A stretch of 32,000 nt of DNA from Promethearchaeum syntrophicum (GTDB lineage Archaea > Asgardarchaeota > Lokiarchaeia > Sigyniarchaeales > Promethearchaeaceae), in NCBI RefSeq assembly GCF_008000775.2, contig NZ_CP042905.2:3480001-3512000 (forward strand). Reading direction: 5' to 3'. Both the position numbers and the translations under genes were made by a program. How positions within the stretch are numbered: position 1 is the first letter of the stretch; every line of letters starts with the position of its first letter. Of this stretch, positions 18,808 through 26,501 are shown piece after piece. A model generated the notes under the pieces. It was given only the letters and a program-made list of their open reading frames with translations, was not told the DNA's origin and did not search any database.

Positions 18808-19308
18808 TTATTCAATTATTAATGGAAGTTCAATTACTTTTGTTGTTAGTTTTAATTCATCTGGATTAAAATACAATCGAAAAGCTCTCATTCCGCGAGA
18901 AGTTGACTGATCTTTTATTTGATGAGGATTGCAAACAATAGCTGTCCAATAAGGATTTTGGATTTGAGCAGGATATTGATATGAAATATCTGTATTAGAC
19001 ATATAAATATGATCGCCCCTTTTAAAAGGGTGAGAATGAAACCAGCCTAACCATTCTAAATCTCGAGTAGCGCAATCTTTTATAATTGGTAGGATTTTTT
19101 CGTAATCAGAGTCGTTAAAATGAACTTCTGTATGTCTTCCAACTCGAAATGAATAGGATTCTAACACAGTGATATCTCCATTTTCACAAACTTTGCCAAA
19201 AAATACTCCGATAATTTCTTTACGAGGATTTTCTTTAGCAAAATTCATCATTGTGTGATATGAATCAATATTAAGATGAACGCAATTAGTAGATTTGGGA
19301 ATATTCAT
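18808..19308 (-). CDS. MPN+/JAMM metalloprotease (Rpn11-like deubiquitinase family)
   Basis: E31 in KEIIGVFFGK; GWFHSHPFKRGDHIYMSNTDISYQ; later VCNPHQ...AFRLYF parallels the DPxQ...AFRL segment of eukaryotic MPN+ proteins. Confidence 0.9.
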   Translation of the reverse strand: MNIPKSTNCVHLNIDSYHTMMNFAKENPRKEIIGVFFGKVCENGDITVLESYSFRVGRHTEVHFNDSDYEKILPIIKDCATRDLEWLGWFHSHPFKRGDHIYMSNTDISYQYPAQIQNPYWTAIVCNPHQIKDQSTSRGMRAFRLYFNPDELKLTTKVIELPLIIE

Positions 19309-19493
19309 TTAAATCCTCTATTTTTTTATGTTGTTATATTCTTAATAAATTAATTCGCTAATATTTTTTAAATGTATTTTATTAGGAAAATTTTTTCTTA
19401 GAAAAATGACATTTTAAGCTGAAGGGTTGAGCCATTATTGCAAAATTAGATGTAAAAAAAATATTCAAGGATTCTTACCAAAAAACGCTTGAT

Positions 19494-20582
19494 TTGGATA
19501 AATATGTTTTAGCTTTTGCCCCAATCGAGCCAATAACGATGAATCCAATAATTCGTGAATTAATGGCAATTAATGGAGCACGTCTGGTCTATAGACCAAA
19601 AATACTACCTCAACATTTACTTAAAGCACCAAATTGGCAATATTGGGCAAAAATCAAGAAAATTTCACAAGTTAGAACACCTTCAGGAGAATCTATATAT
19701 GATGGAATCCAAATCATCGCACGCCCAGGGGACCCGATAAAAAAAGCAGTAAAATATATCGATAATTATGCGAGCAAATTCGGAATTCAATATATCGATT
19801 TGAATTTTTGCTGTCCTGGCTATAAAGTTCTTCCCAAAAGACGTGGAGGGGATTTACTTAAAGATCCAGATTCAGTAATTCAAGTTATATCTGAAGCTAT
19901 TAAATTTACCAACTTACCTATATCTATTAAAATCAGAAAAGGTTTTCTAAATTCTGATACACCTCAGAATCTTTGTTATCGATTAAGCAAAGAATTTGGA
20001 GATAATCTTGCATGGATTGCAATTAATCGAGCACCAGTAAAAATGGATGATGTTGATTTCTCTCTTATTAAAAAAGATTTTAAGCCATTCCAGGAAGCAA
20101 TAGCTGGTGTTGAAGGAAAAATTCCTATTGTTGCAAACGGCTCTATCGAAACCTATCAAGATATTTATGCTGTAAAGGAAAATGTTAAGGTTAATGGTTT
20201 TATGATAGGACGTGCCGCATTAGGGAATCCATCTATTTTTCATGCAATTCTGGACTCGAACCCCATTGAGAAGAGTGAAGGTGATGGAGATAATATTAAA
20301 ATCAATTTAAAATTTGAAGAACTTTTTAAAATCATTACAAAATATCAATATGGACCAAGCGGACGCTTCTGCTCGATGGGTGAAATTAAGAAAATATTAT
20401 TTTATTATATTAAACATTCCTATGAAAGTCAAAAAAAACAATTACCCGCTGGTTATGGGTTTTCAAAATGGAATAACCAAAGATTTGATTCAAAATCTCT
20501 CGTAAAAGCACTTTTTAAGGTATTTCCAACAATTTCAGAAGAAACTTGGAAAAAATGGATATACCCATTTTTTACAAAATAA
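19494..20582 (+). CDS. tRNA-dihydrouridine synthase family protein
   Basis: MDKYVLAFAPIEPITMNPIIRELM, YIDLNFCCPGYKVLPKRRGGDLLKDPD, PISIKIRKGF, IPIVANGSIETYQD, GFMIGRAALGNPSIF. Confidence 0.88.
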   Translation: MDKYVLAFAPIEPITMNPIIRELMAINGARLVYRPKILPQHLLKAPNWQYWAKIKKISQVRTPSGESIYDGIQIIARPGDPIKKAVKYIDNYASKFGIQYIDLNFCCPGYKVLPKRRGGDLLKDPDSVIQVISEAIKFTNLPISIKIRKGFLNSDTPQNLCYRLSKEFGDNLAWIAINRAPVKMDDVDFSLIKKDFKPFQEAIAGVEGKIPIVANGSIETYQDIYAVKENVKVNGFMIGRAALGNPSIFHAILDSNPIEKSEGDGDNIKINLKFEELFKIITKYQYGPSGRFCSMGEIKKILFYYIKHSYESQKKQLPAGYGFSKWNNQRFDSKSLVKALFKVFPTISEETWKKWIYPFFTK

Positions 20583-20692
20583 GTGAAAAAATTAAAGGGA
20601 ATAATGAAAGAAATAAAGGTAGTAGTAGAAAACTATGTAATTTTTTCCTATAATAAAAATTATGATTGAAAAACTATTGAAGAGGCATGTAA

Positions 20693-22417
20693 ATGTTCGA
20701 AATGGATAAAAAACAACGCAATATTGCATATTTTAGTATGGAAATCGCCTTAGAAAGCGATATCCCGACATATTCTGGAGGATTAGGTGTATTAGCAGGA
20801 GATACATTACGGTCAGCGGCAGATTTAGAAATACCGCTTGTAGCTGTTACTCTATGCTACGATAAAGGTTATTTCTTCCAAGAAGTAGTCCAAGGAAGAC
20901 AAATTGAACGTGAAATTCAATGGGAATTCTCTAGTGAGTTTGTTAAAATGCCCAATATAATAGAACTCGATATTCAAGAGAAAAAATTCAAAGTTGGTGC
21001 TTGGATGTACACTATGTCTGGTATAACTGGTGGAACAATTCCCATTATACTATTGGATACGAATATTGAAGGAAATGAGCACTGGCAAAAGAATTTCACA
21101 CATATTTTATATGATGCCACTCCTTTTCAACGTGCGGTACAAGAAATGATTCTTGGTATGGGAGGCATTAAAATGCTAGAATCATTAGGGTTTACAAATA
21201 TCCAAACACACCATATGAACGAAGGACATGCAGCCTTTGGTGTTTTTGAATTACTTGAAAAATATAAGGGGGATTTAGAAGAAGTCAAGCGACGTTGCAT
21301 TTTTACTACACACACTCCTGTTCCTGCTGGACACGACCATTTCAGCTACGAATTAATCAAGGACATTTTTAGGGACCGTTTACCGGAAAACTATAAGGAA
21401 TTAGGTGGAGAATACGATCTTAATATGTCATTATTAGCATTAAATGGAAGTAGATATTGCAATGGTGTTGCACAAAAACATGGTGTGGTCTCAAGAAAAA
21501 TGTTTCCAGGCTATGAAATCGATGCAATCACAAACGGAGTTCATAATGGATTTTGGATTAATAAATATCTAAAAGAACTTTTTGATGAGAGAATTCCAGG
21601 ATGGGCTACTGATTACAAGAAACTTGATGATGTTTGGGATTTTGGGAATTTTGAATTGTGGGAGACACATCTACAAGCAAAACTTGACTTGATGGATTAT
21701 GAAAAATCCCACTCTTGGGTATTACTTGATGAACGAAAGTTAACCATTGGATTTGCTCGGAGAATTACTGAGTATAAGCGCCCTACACTTTTATTTTCTG
21801 ATGTAGAACGATTAGGGAAGATCTGTGATAAAAAAGTACAATTTATTTTCGCAGGTAAATCTCATCCGAGAGATGAACAGGGAAAGGGTTATATCAAGCA
21901 AATAAGTGATATGTCCGATTATCTTTATGATTCTTATGGTATAGGTGTTGTATTTTTAGGAGCCTACGATATGGATCTCTCACATCTATTAGTGGGTGGT
22001 GTGGATGTGTGGTTAAATAATCCACGAAGATATATGGAAGCATCGGGAACTAGTGGAATGAAAGCATCACTTAATGGAGTAATGAATCTCAGTGTTTTAG
22101 ATGGATGGTGGATAGAAGGATATCAACGCGACCCAATGGCAGGTTGGGCAATAGGTTGTGGGCCTGAGGATCCAAAAGCTACACAATACCCAGATTCTTA
22201 TGATGCAAATGATTTATATACTAAATTAGAACGTGAAATTATCCCACTTTATTATAATAATCGCGATGGTTGGACAGAACGAATGAAACATGCAATCAGA
22301 TTAGGGACATATTTTAATACCCATCGAATGGTAGAAGAATATGCAGAGCGTGCATGGAAATTAAAAGCCCAGAATCGATGGAAATCTTTATTAAAATCTG
22401 AAGAAGAATTCTCTTAA
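20693..22417 (+). CDS. Alpha-glucan phosphorylase (glycogen/maltodextrin phosphorylase, short archaeal type)
   Basis: YFSMEIALESDIPTYSGGLGVLAGDTLRSAAD, NEGHAAFGVFELL, FTTHTPVPAGHDHF, TNGVHNGFW, GKSHPRDEQGKGYIKQ, GTSGMKASLNGVMNLSVLDGWW. Confidence 0.95.
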   Translation: MFEMDKKQRNIAYFSMEIALESDIPTYSGGLGVLAGDTLRSAADLEIPLVAVTLCYDKGYFFQEVVQGRQIEREIQWEFSSEFVKMPNIIELDIQEKKFKVGAWMYTMSGITGGTIPIILLDTNIEGNEHWQKNFTHILYDATPFQRAVQEMILGMGGIKMLESLGFTNIQTHHMNEGHAAFGVFELLEKYKGDLEEVKRRCIFTTHTPVPAGHDHFSYELIKDIFRDRLPENYKELGGEYDLNMSLLALNGSRYCNGVAQKHGVVSRKMFPGYEIDAITNGVHNGFWINKYLKELFDERIPGWATDYKKLDDVWDFGNFELWETHLQAKLDLMDYEKSHSWVLLDERKLTIGFARRITEYKRPTLLFSDVERLGKICDKKVQFIFAGKSHPRDEQGKGYIKQISDMSDYLYDSYGIGVVFLGAYDMDLSHLLVGGVDVWLNNPRRYMEASGTSGMKASLNGVMNLSVLDGWWIEGYQRDPMAGWAIGCGPEDPKATQYPDSYDANDLYTKLEREIIPLYYNNRDGWTERMKHAIRLGTYFNTHRMVEEYAERAWKLKAQNRWKSLLKSEEEFS

Positions 22418-22435
22418 TTCTTTTGGAATACAAAT

Positions 22436-22479
22436 AAGCTTCAAGTTCTATTTGTACAAACTTGGGCTTTCTTTTTATT
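22436..22479 (+). terminator. Hairpin plus T-rich tract after the glucan phosphorylase gene
   Basis: AAGCTTCAAGTT / AACTTGGGCTT imperfect stem followed by TCTTTTTATT, 19 nt past the stop codon. Confidence 0.45.
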
Positions 22480-22705
22480 CAATTTTAATAAAAATCTTTA
22501 ATATCTCATTTCATTAAAAGCCATACTCAATTAAAAATTCCGGATTAAGACTAAAATTTAAATCCTATAGGATGTATTGTTGTAAGCATCGTGATTATCG
22601 AAGCATTAAAGAAAATCTAATAAATGGGGTGTAATAGTAGTTTTCATTATAAATCGTCAAATGACCTTATTACAAATGATTTAACTTTTCTATTCTGCTT
22701 ATCCA

Positions 22706-23251
22706 TCAATTTTTATTCTTATTCAATTTATTTAGAAGATACACAATACGTTTTACAAGGTTTTCTGTTCCATTAATTGCTTCTACATCTTGTAAAATAT
22801 CCCCATATACATGTCCAAATCCCGAAACGCCCCGATTTGCAGGTATTATTTCATGTTTTAGGTAGAAAGACGTAATCGCATCAATGGTGCTTTGGTGACC
22901 ATAAGCCCGCCCTACGACGATTATTCCCCCAATTTTATCTCTGAGTCCCCCTTTGATACACCATGTGCGGTCAATAAAATTTTTTAACCTAGCCGATACA
23001 TTATTAAAAAATACAGGAGTTCCAAGGATAATGGCATCAGCTTCCAACAATTTCGGAATTAAGACATTTGTCATATCATCCAGAAGCGAGCATTTATCAG
23101 TTTGTAAACAATTCCAACATTCATTACAGTATTTAATATCATAATCAGATAATTGTAAAAAATCCCCTCCTGTTATCTCTTTAGCATGCTTTAACAAGAG
23201 ATTTACATTACTCTTTTTCCGATGACTCCCTGAAATATATAGGATTTTCAT
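22706..23251 (-). CDS. NADPH-dependent FMN reductase / iron-sulfur flavoprotein family
   Basis: MKILYISGSHRKKSNVNLLLKHA, CNECWNCLQTDKCSLLDDM, ADAIILGTPVFFNNVSARLKNFIDRT. Confidence 0.88.
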   Translation of the reverse strand: MKILYISGSHRKKSNVNLLLKHAKEITGGDFLQLSDYDIKYCNECWNCLQTDKCSLLDDMTNVLIPKLLEADAIILGTPVFFNNVSARLKNFIDRTWCIKGGLRDKIGGIIVVGRAYGHQSTIDAITSFYLKHEIIPANRGVSGFGHVYGDILQDVEAINGTENLVKRIVYLLNKLNKNKN

Positions 23252-23368
23252 GATTAAATGAGTACAGAAATATTTTTATAAGTTTTGAATTAAGAAGTGA
23301 AGATTTAAATTCTGATAAATATCGAAAGAATAAATAATACGTAAATTAAAAAAATGCTTGAAAAAAAA

Positions 23369-24535
23369 TTAATGATCTACATCAACTATACCGCCTTCAG
23401 TTAAAGCGAAAATCGCTTCTCCTTCCGGCAAATTAGGAGCGTCAATCATTTTTGCAACACGTTGTTCTCCTTTTCCTTTTCTAAGATAGATTCTAACAGT
23501 AGCTCCATGAGCCATTACATTTCCGCCTGTCGCTTTTGTTGGATCTCCGAAAAAAGTATCAGGTTTGCTCTGAACTTGATTAGTAATAACGACTGCTAAT
23601 TCGGGATACATTTCTGAAAGTCTAAGTAAATCATGTATGTGCAGATTAAGTAGTTGTTGTCTGTTTGCCAATGTGCCTCGACCAATAAATTCAGCTCTAA
23701 AGTGAGAAATCAAAGAATCCACGATTATAAGTTTAATATTTTTGTCGATAATGATTTTCATGGCATCCTTAATTAACATAATTTGATGATCGCTTGAATA
23801 CGCTCTGGCATAGATTACATTTTTTAATATTTCGCGATAATCCAGGCCTTTTGACTCTGCCATTTGAATCAATCTTTCAGGCCTAAATGTACCTTCAGTA
23901 TCTATGTATAATGCTTTTCCAGAGATTCCCCCTTCTTCTTTTGAAAGTTGAACATTTACGCATAATTGGTGCATCAATTGGGTTTTTCCGGTTCGATACT
24001 CACCATAGAATTCGGTTATACCACCAGTTTCAATTCCACCTCCCCCTAAAAGATTATCAAGATCTGTGCTACTTGTGTTAATTCGTGCTAATGATTTTCT
24101 TCTCTCCCATACAGAATCAGCAGTCTTAAATCCAATATTGAGAGCTTCTCTGGCAGCTTTGATTATTTTCGAAGCAGTTTTATCTCCCAAACCCGCTTCT
24201 TCAATTAACATTCTAGCTGGAGTAATAGCAATACTATTTACTGTAGAATAACCGACATCCATCAATTTTTTTGCAATGGTTGCTCCGATTCCTGGTAAAT
24301 CCTTTATATCATAATTTATCGTATGCATTCCGGCTAGTTCTTCATCTTCTGAGGATTCTTCGTCTGAGGTGTCTTTTTGTTTTATATCTTCTTCATCTTC
24401 ATCCTCTAATAACTCCTTAAAAAGCTCATCGTCCTCAACATCCGTTGCATCCTTTTTTTCTTTCGATTTGGTTGCTGTTGTTTTTTTTTTCGACGTTGCT
24501 TTCGCTTTTGAAGTTTTTTTCTTTTTTGTTGCCAT
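23369..24535 (-). CDS. radA: RadA recombinase
   Basis: HhH LPGIGATIAKKLMDVGY, Walker A GEYRTGKTQL, GKALYIDTEGTFRPERL, ARAYSSDHQ, LIIVDSLISHFRAEF, VVITNQVQSKPD. Confidence 0.96.
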   Translation of the reverse strand: MATKKKKTSKAKATSKKKTTATKSKEKKDATDVEDDELFKELLEDEDEEDIKQKDTSDEESSEDEELAGMHTINYDIKDLPGIGATIAKKLMDVGYSTVNSIAITPARMLIEEAGLGDKTASKIIKAAREALNIGFKTADSVWERRKSLARINTSSTDLDNLLGGGGIETGGITEFYGEYRTGKTQLMHQLCVNVQLSKEEGGISGKALYIDTEGTFRPERLIQMAESKGLDYREILKNVIYARAYSSDHQIMLIKDAMKIIIDKNIKLIIVDSLISHFRAEFIGRGTLANRQQLLNLHIHDLLRLSEMYPELAVVITNQVQSKPDTFFGDPTKATGGNVMAHGATVRIYLRKGKGEQRVAKMIDAPNLPEGEAIFALTEGGIVDVDH

Positions 24536-24732
24536 TTTATTTCCTATTCCTAATCTATATTTTATATACTTATTATTACTTAATTTAAAAAGAAGCCTAT
24601 TGAAGATTTATTAAATCATTATTTCGTGATCTATATTTAAAAACTTCGGGAAAAAAGATTTTGTGAACGTTTAGGAATTAATTTCACATTGTTTTTTTTT
24701 ATATCAAAATTAAAATTTTATTTTTGAAACCT

Positions 24733-25578
24733 TTAATCTATCTTTTGCCGGGATATAACCAATCTTAAAGCCCAATCTTTAAGCTTTTCGGGAGCTGCGA
24801 ACAAAATACGGTATATAAAGTTTCTTTCTGTAACTAAATATCTGAGTTTTGGACGTTTTTTAATCAACGAGATATAAATTTTTCGTGCGATAATATCAGG
24901 GGTTAGTGATTTCTTATTCGGTTCATAGGGAGAAACATTAATTTTTTGCCATTTTAGGTAGGATTGATGAAAAAGCGAAGATTCGAGATCTTTGGGGTAA
25001 TCTTTTTTCCAGATAGATGTCTTTACAATTCCAGGCTCAATAATGATCACTTTAATCTTTTTATTTATAAGCATTAGCTCTCTTCGTAAAGAATCGTTAT
25101 AAGCTTCTAATCCTGCTTTACTGGCACAATAAAATCCTGAAAATGGAACACTTGCAAGCCCCATTCCACTACTAATATTGATAATCCTTCCTTCAGATTG
25201 GAGAATAAGTGGGAAAAATTTTGAAATGATTCGATGAACACCCAGTAAATTTACATCCAATTGTAATTTGAATGCTTCTATGTCAAAATCTACCAAAGGA
25301 CCTAGTACATCTATTCCAGCATTATTAATTACAGCGAATAAACCAGTTTTATTTGTTTCTATTAGAGAAAAAGCATCTTCGATTTCATGGCTTTTTGTCA
25401 CATCAAGCTTAAGTGGAGTTACATTTGGGATCTGTGAAAGTGAAGTTATATCCTTATCTTTTCTGGCACCCGCATAAACATGAAATCCATTCTTGGCTAA
25501 AAATTCAGTTGTTTCCCTTCCTATCCCAGTACTGGCTCCAGTAATTAAAATAGATCTTAAGTTTTTATCCACTTTCAT
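24733..25578 (-). CDS. Short-chain dehydrogenase/reductase (SDR)
   Basis: ITGASTGIGRETT, AVINNAGID, YCASKAGLEAYND, IEPGIVKT. Confidence 0.94.
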   Translation of the reverse strand: MKVDKNLRSILITGASTGIGRETTEFLAKNGFHVYAGARKDKDITSLSQIPNVTPLKLDVTKSHEIEDAFSLIETNKTGLFAVINNAGIDVLGPLVDFDIEAFKLQLDVNLLGVHRIISKFFPLILQSEGRIINISSGMGLASVPFSGFYCASKAGLEAYNDSLRRELMLINKKIKVIIIEPGIVKTSIWKKDYPKDLESSLFHQSYLKWQKINVSPYEPNKKSLTPDIIARKIYISLIKKRPKLRYLVTERNFIYRILFAAPEKLKDWALRLVISRQKID

Positions 25579-25628
25579 AATTTAATTTACTCAACAGAAA
25601 GGAAAAAAGTTTTGATTTCTACAATTTT

Positions 25629-26399
25629 TCAAGGAAATCTCAAAGATAAACAGGATAATCCTCCATCCATCTTCTTAAATTCTGACATTTCTAACTCAAT
25701 TATTATATAATTCAATTTAGTGAGATTTTCCTTTAATTTGTTATAACCCTTCGGCATAATTACATTGCCATTAACTATGATACAATTCGCTGCATATTCT
25801 TCATCTTTCTCAACGTGAATAATATCATATTCTTGGAAAAGTGGATCATTCTTAAATTCATCAATAGATAACAAGCATTTATTCCCGATATAATTCAATC
25901 CTGATTTTAAATGCAAAGTTTCTTTCATTTTCACAACTTGACTTCTAAAACCATAGAATGCAAGAATCTTTGCTAACTGGTCTGCCCCCTCTTGATTTGT
26001 TCTTGAAGAAAGCCCAATATAATAGCATTTATCAATCCGCATAATATCGCCTCCATCCAAAGTCCCCGGTGCTTCTATACGTTCGATTTTTTCAAAATTA
26101 TATTCATCTTTAATAAAATCAAAAATTGCTTGTACTTCTCCTTTCCGCGATTGTGCTCCAGGATTTGTAATAATTACGCATTTTTCATTCACAATCGCAA
26201 TATCTTCAACAAAGGTTGAATCCGGATATTCTTCATCCGCTTCTAATATGTGAACTTTTAATCCACATTTTCGGAGGGTTTTGATATAATTCTCATGTTG
26301 CTCTAAAACCTTCTGATAATCTGGTAATCCTAAACTCGAAGTTGTCAATCCTTTGCTAAAATTTTTGCACGGTTTCTTAACTATTGCGCTTTTAAACAT
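25629..26399 (-). CDS. Dimethylarginine dimethylaminohydrolase / amidinotransferase family (DDAH-like)
   Basis: PDSTFVEDIAIV, RKGEVQAI, EAPGTLDGGDIMRI, GLSSRTNQEGADQL, LHLKSGLNYIG, ANCIIVNGNVIMPKGY (active-site Cys region near LSCLS). Confidence 0.92.
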   Translation of the reverse strand: MFKSAIVKKPCKNFSKGLTTSSLGLPDYQKVLEQHENYIKTLRKCGLKVHILEADEEYPDSTFVEDIAIVNEKCVIITNPGAQSRKGEVQAIFDFIKDEYNFEKIERIEAPGTLDGGDIMRIDKCYYIGLSSRTNQEGADQLAKILAFYGFRSQVVKMKETLHLKSGLNYIGNKCLLSIDEFKNDPLFQEYDIIHVEKDEEYAANCIIVNGNVIMPKGYNKLKENLTKLNYIIIELEMSEFKKMDGGLSCLSLRFP

Positions 26400-26403
26400 T
26401 TTT
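26345..26403. repeat. Flanking direct repeat, left copy (inside the 5' end of the intact DDAH-like gene)
   Basis: TCAATCCTTTGCTAAAATTTTTGCACGGTTTCTTAACTATTGCGCTTTTAAACATTTTT; shares exact CTAAAATTTTTGCACGGTTT and TTAACTATTGC blocks with 29413-29471. Confidence 0.85.
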
Positions 26404-26501
26404 ATTTCCTTAGTTCAATTGGTATTATTATATATGATGGAGGGGGGAGGAGTTATTTCCTTTTTAAGAATTTATCTTTAATATTACATAATCCATTTGT
26501 T

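Noticed and set aside
17894-19308. Complete ubiquitin-like conjugation cluster (E1/E2/E3/Ub) around the JAMM gene
   Set aside because: None of these components is encoded within the window; only the protease and its unknown partner are supported.
24369-24614. 81 aa plus-strand ORF (SSSSSSNNSLKSSSSS...FFFDVAFAFEVFFFF)
   Set aside because: Antisense of the Lys- and Asp/Glu-rich RadA N-terminus; composition is entirely explained by that.
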